Part shown: one piece after another, positions 20,231-29,772 of the stretch
Layout of the letters: each line of letters starts with the position of its first letter
How positions within the stretch are numbered: position 1 is the first letter of the stretch
Source of the DNA: Candidatus Omnitrophota bacterium
GTDB lineage: Bacteria > Omnitrophota > Gorgyraeia > Zapsychrales > Zapsychraceae
Reading direction: 5' to 3'
NCBI GenBank assembly: GCA_018062515.1
Contig: JAGOSC010000001.1
Span: 40,765-104,764 of the forward strand
Length of the DNA: 64,000 nt
The notes under the pieces: model-generated
The model's input: only the letters and a program-made list of their open reading frames with translations
What the model was told of the DNA's origin: nothing
Databases searched by the model: none
Position numbers and translations under genes: made by a program

Positions 20231-23200
20231 AGCTCCAGATTTACTTTGTGAAAGGTCATTTGTCGTCGAAGCATTAGAAAAACCATTCTTTAAAGCGGGT
20301 TGTCTATTTATTATGTCCCTTTTTCCATTTTCAAATTTTCGGCTGAAATCTTTAAAATCTTCCGGAAACAATTGCGATACCATTTCAATACCTTCACTGA
20401 CCGTCATATTAGAAACTGCATTCTCAATATACTTCTTTCCGGTAATTTCCGTCCACTCTTTCGACGCCTCAACAAAGACATTTAATAATGGCCGCCCTGT
20501 CAACATAGCGCCTTTAAGGACCGGCTTTGCCGCGGGATATAATTTAGCCCATTTACTTTCCTTCATGGACAAATCGATATAAGCCGTCATCATTCTTTCT
20601 GCCATAGAAACAGAAATCAAACTTCCGACTACATCTTTTATCTCCGCGTCTTGCTTCTTGATCAATTCATTAATATTGTCTTCTAATATTTGTGGGCCGT
20701 AAATTTTGACTAACGTTAGCGCATCTTTTCTGAGCTTCATATCTTGAAATTTTATTTTTCCCATCAGACTCTCCGTCATCTTATAAACTGCTGGCTGCCA
20801 TAAGGAACTCAGGAAATAACGGTTTGTCTTTTCATAAAAATTCTTTTTTAAAATTTGTCTAAAATCCTGTTCCTGCTCATTGGATTCATCCCTCTCAATG
20901 TCCTCAACCACAATATATTTCGCCTGTTCTTGAGCGGCACGTACAGTATCTTCGTCGCTCAAGCTAATATACGACCCGATCGTTTGCAAAGTTTCCATGC
21001 CATTTGCCCAGTCAGTTGGAAAAAGATACATGGCCTGTGTAAAAGCCTTCAAGAAGGTTGAAAAATTCTTTGAAATGTGAGAATTTTTCACTTCAGATAC
21101 AGCTCTCATACTGATCATATTCATCGTCATTTTAAGATCAAACCCCTTATCTAAAACCTCCTGTATGCTCTCCAATGATATGCTCGTCATTTTCGATGAA
21201 GCGCTGTCAGTATTTATAAAAATAGTATCAATCCCTGTCTTTATAAGATCTTTTTCTCTTAATAAAAGCCCTTTAAATAAAACCTTGGCACCTTCGCTCT
21301 GTTTCTTATTTAATGTCCCAACGTTCCCTCTATCAATCAATACCAAGCCACCATCCGGGGTAATCATTACATTAGCCTGATGTAGGTCAGCATGGAAAAC
21401 TCCGTCGACAAATATATTGTGCAACAATAATTGACGTAATAATGAACGTAATTTATCGTAATCAAATTTCAATAGCTTTTCTGATAAACCGTTTAACTCT
21501 GTTTCAGAAAAGCCGGCTTTCTTAAGACCTAAAATAATATGAGCTTGCTTAGAGTCAAGCTTCACTAATTCACTATAAATACGCTTGGCTTCTAGAGGTG
21601 AATACCCCGCCTTTGTCACATCTTCAATAGAAACAGGGTTTTGATTAGGCGCAAGATTTAAAATAGGAATACCCTGAATTTCCTGTTCAACAATCAAAGA
21701 CTTGGTTGCGTAAAAAATCTTCGGATGAATCAAATGTACACCTGCTTCTTTTTGTAAATCTTCCGACCATGAATAATCTAAATCAGTAAGCATATCGGAA
21801 AATTTAACCTCATTCATAAAATCCATCTCAAGAGTGACCCACTCTTTTACCGTTTGGACTAAATCACCCAAGTTAATAGCTTCTCCTCTATATACGTCAC
21901 CTTGAAGATCTTCCGAGACGGATTCAAGTGTTGTAAAATCTGTATCTAAGGTTACTTCCATATCCGGACGTCTAATTTTATAGACAACCGGAACGCCAGC
22001 CTCTTCACGTTTTATCTTATATTGATTTGCTTTTGCGACAATATACGCCACCAGCCCGCTATTCATAATATCTTTACTTTGAAACAATGCCGATAACTGT
22101 GATCTTATTTCATTAGCCTCAGCCTCACTCTTAGCATTTTTGAGCACTAATTGGGATAATAGTTCAATATCCAACCATTTTCCTCTATTTACCTGCTTGA
22201 TCGATGCTACACCGACGGGGTTGTCCATTTCTTGAACAAAGATGTCACTGAACGGTATTTCATTCTCTAAAACAGAAAAACTCGCTATTTTTGTAATTTC
22301 TGGTGCGTTATTTCTTAAAGATCCCAGGTTAGAGCGCATACGTTTATCCGGAACTAAAGTTTCATTTTCCGATAAATATTGAGATACTTTAATACCGACG
22401 GAACCCAATACACCCAGAAAAACAGCTAATCGTTCTCCGACGCTGGTCTTTTCAAAATTCCCCTTAGCGCGTAATTGAGCTAAAGCCTTAATGACATGAA
22501 CCCGTCGATAAGCGGGAAATTTTTTCATAACAACCAAGAAAACTTTTTGTAGAAGAAGTCTCGCCTCACTTTCAAGACCGGGCATATTCTCCGGAAAAAT
22601 AAATATGAATGTCTTTTCCAAAAAATCCGACATAATTCGTACATCATTTTCATCTTGCGGATCCAAAACTCCATTATCCCCCAACATAAACCCTTCGATA
22701 AATTTATCCCGCATGGTTGACGGAAGCAGCTTCACATCACTTGGCAACGTTGTAAAATCTATATTTAATTTCGTTTCAGCATCCACGACAAACTTCGGTT
22801 TTTCCTGAGCCCCGACAACCCATAATAAAATATCCTTTCGCTCGTCCATTCTCGCCGCCCCAAAAAGATGCAGAACGGTTTCTGAAATAAAATCGTGCGT
22901 TCTCAAATCTTTATTCGGCGACAGCAAATTATTAACGTATAGCTCTTTAGTAATGTATGCCACCTCTTCTAAGTGCTTGACATATTTATTGGCGATCTGC
23001 ATTAACAAATCATCTCTGAGTATGCTGGGTTCGGGCATAAATTTTGTTAAGGCGTCAATATTGTCGGTTAGACCCAATTGCGTATTTTCGGGTAATTGTT
23101 TCCATAACATGTAAGCTGTTGCACCATAACGAGACGTTTTTTGGGGTGACAATAATAAAGGAATCATTGTTTGATAGAAATCCAGTAATTCATATATTCT

Positions 23201-26200
23201 TTCTGGTGCTATTTCTATCTGTTGATTTAATTTCTCCAAGCGCCCCACATCATCATCCATTTCTCCCAAAAGAGTCCACATATCCTGCATATCTGTTTCT
23301 TTCCCGGACACTTGACGGGCTAATTTTACCAAAGCTGGTAAATCAGCAATAATTTCAGGAAATACATCGGTTTCCCACATATCAATAACACCGTCTTTAA
23401 TGAGCGATTTATGAGGCATTGACGTTGTTAACCAGTTCAACCTTTCTGGGAGCGGCTTATAATCGCCATACACATATCCTTCGCCATGAATTTTTATATG
23501 CTCGTTTATGAGTCTCGTATAAACCGAAGAATTCTTAAAAAACTTTGCCATTATTTTCCGGTAGGGCACTTTCTCCCCACTCGTATGGTCCTTCAGAAAA
23601 CCGATTGGATCGTTGATAATTTGGTTACCAACATTCGGATTTTGCAATAATGGGACTACTTCTAAAAAATTACCTTGTAAATTATTTTTGATTATGTAAT
23701 TTTCCCATACCGTATCCAGTGTTGCGTTTGGAATAGCGACACCAAGTAAATTTTCTTTAATCTGCGCATATGAAATTTTACTTACATCATCTTTTTCAAA
23801 TTTAAAGTTCAGGCTTGTACTAGCAGAAATCACTCCGTCTTTGTTCTGAGAATAAGAAACCCTTAGCTCCATAAGATCATCCAGCCTATCCATACTATTC
23901 TTTTCCATCCATTTCGGATCACCCAATTTCTTAAACAGAATCAATGTCATTAAATTGGCAAAAAAATCATTGTATCCGGATAGTGAAAAATCTTCACCCC
24001 TATATTCAACTGTTGTATTAAGCGCCACATATTGTAATCTCTTTTTCAAAAGCTGCTTCAATTGATCGATGGATAAATTCGTTAAACTGGTTAGAAAAAT
24101 AGATTGATGATCATATTGATTATCATTCCAACCAAAATTATGAAGCGCGAATCGAGATATAATGGTCTTGAATGATCCTTTACCTTCTGCCTCAGGCATA
24201 ATACTCGTCTTACCTGATTTAAAATCGGGCGTCCCCTCGTCCTTTGAAACCCCGCGTGATTGATACATGTACACTCTTAAAGGTGTTGCAGCACTTAAGG
24301 TGGTCAAGGCCGAATAAATTGTTTCATCGACATAATTCTGATCACTCATTTTTCCAGACTCTTCCATCTTTTCACGCAACAAAGCTAAATAAACCTCGCC
24401 TGATTTTTCCGAAGCTTGAAATGTTTTTGACGTTTGACTAAAAAGGTATTCAAGCAGTGTACTTTGTAAATTCTTTAGATCTGAAATAGGCGCATCGTTA
24501 TCTTGATCTTTCACTGCCTTGAGATATTGCCTATAGATTACATCAGTAACCAATTTTTCGGTTAACTTAAGGGCGTCATTTTTGGAAAACATGCCTAAGA
24601 ACCATACAGCCACTTCTTGGGGATTTTGTTTAAACGAGCTGATAAAAAATTTAGTCAAACGTAAATTGACGTCCGACTCTAAAAATACACTTTCAAATAT
24701 TCTTCGACGCTGATCATAGTCAAGCCTATCTTTCATCCAAGAAAAAAGTTCAGTAATTGAAGCGTTTTCTGTAACAGAAACCTTTATCATCGATGCAACC
24801 TCATCAAAATTCTTATCCAAATATTCAGAAAGAGCCCAGTCCGGCAACTCTGATAAGGCTTTAAAAGATTTAATCTGCTTTTTATCCGGCATATTGTAGT
24901 CTAATCCGGTTTCATTTTGAAACGTGTCTGGCACATGCGCTATTCTTTCTAAGCGAGGCGAACTTATATCTTCTGTAGTATTTAGTTGGCTTGCCACCCA
25001 TAGGTCAGGGTCATTTTTCAGTAAAGAATCAATCGCATCATTATTTCTACCCAACTCAATATCAAAATATTTTTTCAACCTTTGACGCGCTATATTTAAT
25101 GCTTCTGACTTCGAATGTTCTCTTAGTAAAAGGTTATAATATTTTAAAAAAATAGTATCGAGATCCTGCTGTGACCCTCGAGTATGTAAATCAACACCTG
25201 GAAAAGAGCCATCTAAATAACGACTATTGATGTTTTTTATCGGCCTTTTTAAAATATACTGAAGAAGGATAATATTTTGAAGATTTTTTCGGGTATCCGC
25301 GGATTGAATATCGCGATATGAGGGATTTTGTAAATAAATGGAATTGCTTTTTTGTCGTAACTTTGCCTGAACATCCGTGGTTGGAACCTTAACATTCACG
25401 GACGGTTGTTGATCAATATATTTGGCGTAGAAAAAGGCAGAAATTAATTTCTTCGGATCTTTTATTGCCTTTTCAAAAATTGCTTCCGCTACGTAAGCTT
25501 TTTTTCCTTGCGGTAATGGCACCTTATTCCCTAAAATGTCAAGTCTTCCCGCATCTTTTGCATCTGTAAACATCGGGATCAATTCTTCAACTTCATTCAA
25601 GGGAAGCAAAAAATTATCAAAATCAGCGTCACTGAGGCTATTTTGTAGAGAAGTAATGGAATTTAATTTATTTAATAAATCCTTTCCGGAAGCAGATCTT
25701 CTCGTATCTCCACCCTTTTCTTTCGATTTTTCATAATCTCTTATGTAAGTTTCAACATCACCCTTTAAGTCTTTTAAAAAATCTCCATAAAAATCAGAAT
25801 CCTTACGTTCTGATACTTTGATTGTCTCATTATCTTGCCCGAATTCATAAATGGCAGCAGCACTTCTCATATCAGAATAATCAATTTTTTTATTATATAC
25901 ACTTATATCAAGCCTGCGTGTCATTGCTTCGTGAACCGCCTGTACATAAACGTTACGCAAAAAAGAAGTTTTTAAATCTTTTTCTTTAACTAAAGCTTTT
26001 AAGAAATTCATGCGCCTTCGCGTAACAAGCATTCCCGTTAATTCATCTAAAGCTGTGACGCTTTCTGCATTCTGTATCTGATCTAATAAATCTTGGTCGC
26101 TCGCATCCATAAAAAGTCGAAAATCAACGTCTTGACTTTTTATTTCTCCTTCTCCTGCCATATTTACTCGTGGAGCCTTGATATTTGTAAAAATATTTGT

Positions 26201-28264
26201 TTTTTGTTCATAAATTAATTGAGATAATTTATGTTTCCTGAGGCTTATGTAGGGATGCGAATCTAATATATTTTCGGCTTGGCTGGATTGTTGCATATAT
26301 TCCAGAAATCTCATAGCGTCAATGGCTCCTAGTACAGAATATCCCGCCTTATTCATCAATTCCAAAGCCACCATGTCTGCATCATATTCACCATTCTTGA
26401 TCATTTGCAACAAATAAGGCAAAGTCTCAGATCCATAAAAATCTCGAATATTAAGGCCGTAATGGGTGGTGTTTTGTATGGAATGGCTTAACTCATGCGC
26501 CATGACAAAGGCAATTGCATCTTCCGTAAGCGGAACGTTCATTTTCCCAGCGATATCATACAAAGCTTCATACAAACCTTTAAAGAAATATACATCCGTA
26601 CGATTACGTATCACAAATGCATTAATCTCATTTGAATCGATAATGCGCAACTCACCCGGTGAATCCTTGGTTTTTACTGTATAAATATCAATGAGGCGAT
26701 CAAATATTGTATGCATTTTTTCAGTAACCATATCGGTGTTTCGCGGTAATATGCCTGTATGTTCCATTTGCTTTTCGATCATAACAATGTTCCGTTCAAA
26801 ATTGGCTTCCACGTCGTCAACTGAGATACCCTGTTTTTTAGCAAGCTCCTCAATTAAAATTTCATCATACGTTTCATTCTTCTCAATTTTATATACAGGC
26901 TGTTTCGGCGTGGTTTCTTTTAGTTTTAAATTTTTGACAGGCTCTATTCTTGCTGCGGTTGTGTTCACATCTTTAGAACCAGTTAAGATCGCTGGATCAT
27001 TTACCGGAGGTAATTCTTCTTCCTGCCCTTCTTCCTCGTTAAATCTTTGTTTCATAAATTCATTAACCGTCTCCGGAGATATTTTTGAACTGATAAATGC
27101 TCCCGCAATGAAATGCCTTTTTGTAGCTTTATTTGTCTTAGCCAATTGTTCCTGGGTCACATTATCCGGCGTCACTGTCTGAAGCGGGACGATAATCTTG
27201 GTCAAAACCATACCGCCGGAAAAATATTTTCTGGGAATGATTTCCTGTGATACCGCGTCATATTCATCTTTGATATAATTATAAACGCCTTGTTTAAATG
27301 CTTCTAAATATTGCGCGTAAATTTTTTCTTTAGCGGAAGGATCATCAATCTCAACACCCCCGATTTTCTTCCGATCTGAAAATTTCTGATTCAATATACT
27401 TTGTTTCAGATTCTGTTTGTACCACTTCGCTAAAATCAATGAGTTATAGACTTGACGTAACTTGGAAAAATTTTTACCTTCGTTCACTTCTTTTTCAATT
27501 TCAGGTAAAATAATTTCCCGTATAACCTCAGATCCCAGTTTACTAGTATTTTGATTTTCTGATTCGCTTCTGCCTTTTAAACTTCTTTCATCGGTTCGGC
27601 TATGTTCCAATGCCACGTAATCTTCTTCCAACATAACCTTTAAATGGCTTTCAATAACATAGACAATATCGCCATTTTGATAAACTACGGCCTTTTCGGG
27701 AACTATCCAAACTTTATTAAATGTGTTAACAGGAACTTCAGTTGTTCCATATTCTTCCTGCGCACGTTGATAAATCTTCTTCCAAAATGCTTGTCCCAAG
27801 GCCTCTTCCGGATAAATTAATGACGCCGTCAATTGCTTTAAAATATAATCCTGGGCTAATAAATCGCGGCCCATTTCTGTCATACCAAATTCATTGGGTA
27901 CAATCCGATCCTTTTCATAGGGAGATAAATTCACCCATAGATCATCTTCTGGAATGGTTAATGAAGCCAAAAAATATTTAATTAACTTATTGGCCTCTTC
28001 TTTTAAGCGGTCGGGATTTAAGTCAACATCTCCGCTATCTAAAATGAAATCAAAATGAAAAGGATTATTAACCGCTATTTTCATACCGGTCAACATCGGA
28101 GGAATAAAGGCAGAAGTACGGGTAATCATCATACCCGGGAGAGGTAAATTAAGAACACTTTGCGCATAACTTGGCTGAGGCGGGACTACAAATGTCACAG
28201 CCAAAATAAGGCTTAGACAGGAAGAGAAAATTTTGTATAAGAAATGGTTTTTAAGCCGGGTCAT
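20003..28264 (-). CDS. Giant secreted protein P1 (2753 aa): signal peptide, family N-terminal domain, M48-type metallopeptidase domain, long helical region, UbiB/ABC1-type atypical kinase domain, family C-terminal domain.
   Basis: Uninterrupted 8.3-kb ORF. N-terminal signal sequence (LSLILAVTFVVPPQPSYAQS). HELSH...EYDAD (M48). ASIKQVNRG ... VYKIRRP ... EMDFMNE ... FHADLHQANVMITPDGGLVLIDRG (UbiB). C-terminus GGVDFSLDLLELEIRGQG...PVIINVTPITNLPLILG. Confidence 0.9.
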   Translation of the reverse strand: MTRLKNHFLYKIFSSCLSLILAVTFVVPPQPSYAQSVLNLPLPGMMITRTSAFIPPMLTGMKIAVNNPFHFDFILDSGDVDLNPDRLKEEANKLIKYFLASLTIPEDDLWVNLSPYEKDRIVPNEFGMTEMGRDLLAQDYILKQLTASLIYPEEALGQAFWKKIYQRAQEEYGTTEVPVNTFNKVWIVPEKAVVYQNGDIVYVIESHLKVMLEEDYVALEHSRTDERSLKGRSESENQNTSKLGSEVIREIILPEIEKEVNEGKNFSKLRQVYNSLILAKWYKQNLKQSILNQKFSDRKKIGGVEIDDPSAKEKIYAQYLEAFKQGVYNYIKDEYDAVSQEIIPRKYFSGGMVLTKIIVPLQTVTPDNVTQEQLAKTNKATKRHFIAGAFISSKISPETVNEFMKQRFNEEEGQEEELPPVNDPAILTGSKDVNTTAARIEPVKNLKLKETTPKQPVYKIEKNETYDEILIEELAKKQGISVDDVEANFERNIVMIEKQMEHTGILPRNTDMVTEKMHTIFDRLIDIYTVKTKDSPGELRIIDSNEINAFVIRNRTDVYFFKGLYEALYDIAGKMNVPLTEDAIAFVMAHELSHSIQNTTHYGLNIRDFYGSETLPYLLQMIKNGEYDADMVALELMNKAGYSVLGAIDAMRFLEYMQQSSQAENILDSHPYISLRKHKLSQLIYEQKTNIFTNIKAPRVNMAGEGEIKSQDVDFRLFMDASDQDLLDQIQNAESVTALDELTGMLVTRRRMNFLKALVKEKDLKTSFLRNVYVQAVHEAMTRRLDISVYNKKIDYSDMRSAAAIYEFGQDNETIKVSERKDSDFYGDFLKDLKGDVETYIRDYEKSKEKGGDTRRSASGKDLLNKLNSITSLQNSLSDADFDNFLLPLNEVEELIPMFTDAKDAGRLDILGNKVPLPQGKKAYVAEAIFEKAIKDPKKLISAFFYAKYIDQQPSVNVKVPTTDVQAKLRQKSNSIYLQNPSYRDIQSADTRKNLQNIILLQYILKRPIKNINSRYLDGSFPGVDLHTRGSQQDLDTIFLKYYNLLLREHSKSEALNIARQRLKKYFDIELGRNNDAIDSLLKNDPDLWVASQLNTTEDISSPRLERIAHVPDTFQNETGLDYNMPDKKQIKSFKALSELPDWALSEYLDKNFDEVASMIKVSVTENASITELFSWMKDRLDYDQRRRIFESVFLESDVNLRLTKFFISSFKQNPQEVAVWFLGMFSKNDALKLTEKLVTDVIYRQYLKAVKDQDNDAPISDLKNLQSTLLEYLFSQTSKTFQASEKSGEVYLALLREKMEESGKMSDQNYVDETIYSALTTLSAATPLRVYMYQSRGVSKDEGTPDFKSGKTSIMPEAEGKGSFKTIISRFALHNFGWNDNQYDHQSIFLTSLTNLSIDQLKQLLKKRLQYVALNTTVEYRGEDFSLSGYNDFFANLMTLILFKKLGDPKWMEKNSMDRLDDLMELRVSYSQNKDGVISASTSLNFKFEKDDVSKISYAQIKENLLGVAIPNATLDTVWENYIIKNNLQGNFLEVVPLLQNPNVGNQIINDPIGFLKDHTSGEKVPYRKIMAKFFKNSSVYTRLINEHIKIHGEGYVYGDYKPLPERLNWLTTSMPHKSLIKDGVIDMWETDVFPEIIADLPALVKLARQVSGKETDMQDMWTLLGEMDDDVGRLEKLNQQIEIAPERIYELLDFYQTMIPLLLSPQKTSRYGATAYMLWKQLPENTQLGLTDNIDALTKFMPEPSILRDDLLMQIANKYVKHLEEVAYITKELYVNNLLSPNKDLRTHDFISETVLHLFGAARMDERKDILLWVVGAQEKPKFVVDAETKLNIDFTTLPSDVKLLPSTMRDKFIEGFMLGDNGVLDPQDENDVRIMSDFLEKTFIFIFPENMPGLESEARLLLQKVFLVVMKKFPAYRRVHVIKALAQLRAKGNFEKTSVGERLAVFLGVLGSVGIKVSQYLSENETLVPDKRMRSNLGSLRNNAPEITKIASFSVLENEIPFSDIFVQEMDNPVGVASIKQVNRGKWLDIELLSQLVLKNAKSEAEANEIRSQLSALFQSKDIMNSGLVAYIVAKANQYKIKREEAGVPVVYKIRRPDMEVTLDTDFTTLESVSEDLQGDVYRGEAINLGDLVQTVKEWVTLEMDFMNEVKFSDMLTDLDYSWSEDLQKEAGVHLIHPKIFYATKSLIVEQEIQGIPILNLAPNQNPVSIEDVTKAGYSPLEAKRIYSELVKLDSKQAHIILGLKKAGFSETELNGLSEKLLKFDYDKLRSLLRQLLLHNIFVDGVFHADLHQANVMITPDGGLVLIDRGNVGTLNKKQSEGAKVLFKGLLLREKDLIKTGIDTIFINTDSASSKMTSISLESIQEVLDKGFDLKMTMNMISMRAVSEVKNSHISKNFSTFLKAFTQAMYLFPTDWANGMETLQTIGSYISLSDEDTVRAAQEQAKYIVVEDIERDESNEQEQDFRQILKKNFYEKTNRYFLSSLWQPAVYKMTESLMGKIKFQDMKLRKDALTLVKIYGPQILEDNINELIKKQDAEIKDVVGSLISVSMAERMMTAYIDLSMKESKWAKLYPAAKPVLKGAMLTGRPLLNVFVEASKEWTEITGKKYIENAVSNMTVSEGIEMVSQLFPEDFKDFSRKFENGKRDIINRQPALKNGFSNASTTNDLSQSKSGAAQSPTGGVDFSLDLLELEIRGQGNNLDAGNKVYNFENIQIDDGLMPVIINVTPITNLPLILGAVINTEDQLSSIR
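21030..22250 (-). other. UbiB/ABC1/ADCK-type atypical protein-kinase-like domain inside P1.
   Basis: Ordered family motifs: PVGVASIKQVNRG (A-S-I-x-Q-V-H-like), VVYKIRRP (VAVKVQRP-like), EMDFMNEVKF (E-x-D-F salt-bridge Glu), VHLIHPKIFY...LIVEQEIQG, and FHADLHQANVMI...LIDRG (F-H-A-D-P-H-P-G-N ... D-F-G equivalents). About 60 aa are inserted after the first motif. Confidence 0.6.
26290..26790 (-). other. M48-family (HtpX/BepA/Ste24-like) Zn-metallopeptidase domain inside P1.
   Basis: AFVMAHELSHSIQ (HExxH at 26483-26497) followed about 50 aa later by KNGEYDADMVALELMNKAGY, the M48 third-ligand E-x-x-x-(E/D)-A-D motif. Confidence 0.6.
27060..28264 (-). other. Family N-terminal conserved domain (signal peptide plus about 330 aa), P1 copy. 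Also at 37280-38357 (P2) and 49250-50334 (P3).
   Basis: Shared blocks: LNLP.PG, NPL.F.F, LIKYFLA.LT.P...LWVNLSPYEKD(R/K)(I/M)IP.EFG.TEMGRDLLAQDY.LKQ, YGTTEIPV.TFNK.WIVPE.A.VY, SHLKVML..DY.AL, NEGE.F..LRQ..NS.ILA.W(Y/F)K.NL, PR.YFSGG. Confidence 0.7.
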
Positions 28265-28364
28265 TTATAGTACTCTATATTATTATTAGTTTAATACGCC
28301 CAAGTCTAACATATATATATAGGCGATGCCACAAAAGCAGCAATATAAATCGAAATTTTTTAAG

Positions 28365-29054
28365 TCAAATCCGATCCGGAAAGTCAGAAAAAATTCCGTC
28401 CACACCCAGCTTTTTCAACCGGTCAATATCTTCCTTTTCATTTACCGTCCAAACATAAACCTTTAAACCGCTTTGTTTTGCGTCTTTTATGATTTTAGGA
28501 TCGGTCACTTTAAGGCTTAGATGAGCAGAATATGCCCGTATGGACTTGGCAAATTTAATAAAACCAAAGGGATGACGGGCTAATAAAGCACCTATGCGGA
28601 CTTTATGATTTAATTTAGATAAACGTTTAAGATTCTTTCGTGAAAACGTAGAAATGATAAAATGTTCATACGTCCATCCTTTTGTGTGGACATATTCTTC
28701 AATCAGCTTTAAAACCGGGGTGAGCGTAAATTTTCCCTTAAGTTCAATATTGATGCCGATGCGTTTATCAATCAAATCGAAAACTTCTCGCAAAGTTGGG
28801 ACTTGCTCTTCGTCGCCAGCATTTAAAGATTTAATGTAGGCCAAAGATTTTTTCCGGACCGCGCCTAAGCCGTTGGTCGTTCGATTAAGTTTTTCGTCGT
28901 GAATAACAATCACTTCACCATCGAGAGAAACATGAACATCCAATTCTACCATGTCCACGCCGAGTTCAATGGCTTTACGAACGGATTTTAATGTGTTTTC
29001 AGGAGCATAACCCTTAGCCCCGCGATGCCCAATCTTCAATAATGGTTTCGTCAT
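28365..29054 (-). CDS. Glycerophosphodiester phosphodiesterase.
   Basis: 229 aa; HRG...APENT, ELDVHVSLDGEVIVIHD, and E..KG motifs of the GDPD fold. Confidence 0.8.
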   Translation of the reverse strand: MTKPLLKIGHRGAKGYAPENTLKSVRKAIELGVDMVELDVHVSLDGEVIVIHDEKLNRTTNGLGAVRKKSLAYIKSLNAGDEEQVPTLREVFDLIDKRIGINIELKGKFTLTPVLKLIEEYVHTKGWTYEHFIISTFSRKNLKRLSKLNHKVRIGALLARHPFGFIKFAKSIRAYSAHLSLKVTDPKIIKDAKQSGLKVYVWTVNEKEDIDRLKKLGVDGIFSDFPDRI

Positions 29055-29527
29055 GGAAGTGGGATATTTTTTGGAATCGTACTCTCAAAGGGTTGCTTCA
29101 GAGACGACCACTCCGCGATTCCACCTTTGTAATGCAGGATATTTGTATAGCCTAATTTTATTAAGCGCTGGGCGGAATACTCACTCAACGGACAGGAACT
29201 ACTGCTGCAATAAACAACAATCTTAGCCCTTTTTTCGGGAAGAAAACTAAAAATCTGTTCATCCGTGGACTGACCAACATATAAATTAACAGCACCTTTG
29301 ATATGTTGAGAATCATAACTTTGTTGAGAACGAACGTCGAGGAGAATATAGGATTCATCCGACGCGTGTAAACGCACCATATCGTCATAACTGATTTCAG
29401 AAACCTTGATTTCCGTCGGCGCAGGGCTTTCGTCGCTGCATGGAGTATCCGCCCCGCAATCGGAATCGGCGTTAGACTGATAAGGACATACGACTAAAAA
29501 CAAAAATAAAATAATTATCTTCTTCAC
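29051..29527 (-). CDS. Secreted rhodanese-domain (sulfurtransferase) protein. The start is re-assigned to a GTG.
   Basis: Rhodanese fold: active-site Cys in VVYCSSSSCPLSE, then GGIAEW. The track ORF starts further upstream, overlapping moaD. A GGAGGG Shine-Dalgarno plus GTG (MKKIIILFLFLVVCPYQSNA, a signal peptide) right after the moaD stop is the more plausible start. Confidence 0.55.
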   Translation of the reverse strand: MKKIIILFLFLVVCPYQSNADSDCGADTPCSDESPAPTEIKVSEISYDDMVRLHASDESYILLDVRSQQSYDSQHIKGAVNLYVGQSTDEQIFSFLPEKRAKIVVYCSSSSCPLSEYSAQRLIKLGYTNILHYKGGIAEWSSLKQPFESTIPKNIPLP

Positions 29528-29528
29528 A

Positions 29529-29771
29529 TTACCCTCCTGCCACCGGCGGAATAAAAACAATTTCATCATTCTCTTTAATATGTGTTTGCCAATGAACATA
29601 TTGGCTATTGACGGAAACGCGTAAAATATCCGTCGACAACTTGAATGCATATTTTTTTCTTAAAAAAACATATAAATCCTGGACGGTTATACAATCTGTC
29701 TGAAGTGTTTCGCTGTTCAAGCCGCTCTCTTCTTTCAGCAATGCATAATATTTAATGTGAACTGTATTCAT
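29529..29771 (-). CDS. moaD: MoaD/ThiS-type sulfur-carrier protein.
   Basis: 80 aa ubiquitin-like protein ending in ...FIPPVAGG (C-terminal Gly-Gly); directly downstream of moeA. Confidence 0.6.
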   Translation of the reverse strand: MNTVHIKYYALLKEESGLNSETLQTDCITVQDLYVFLRKKYAFKLSTDILRVSVNSQYVHWQTHIKENDEIVFIPPVAGG

Positions 29772-29772
29772 A

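Noticed and set aside
26691-27182. 163-aa plus-strand ORF.
   Set aside because: Antisense to the P1 N-terminal domain. Serine/Phe-rich nonsense composition. The minus-strand frame is the one conserved across three paralogues.
29051-29650. Long form of the rhodanese ORF starting MHSSCRR...
   Set aside because: It overlaps moaD by about 120 bp in another frame. A GGAGGG plus GTG start right after the moaD stop yields a proper signal peptide, so the shorter form is preferred.
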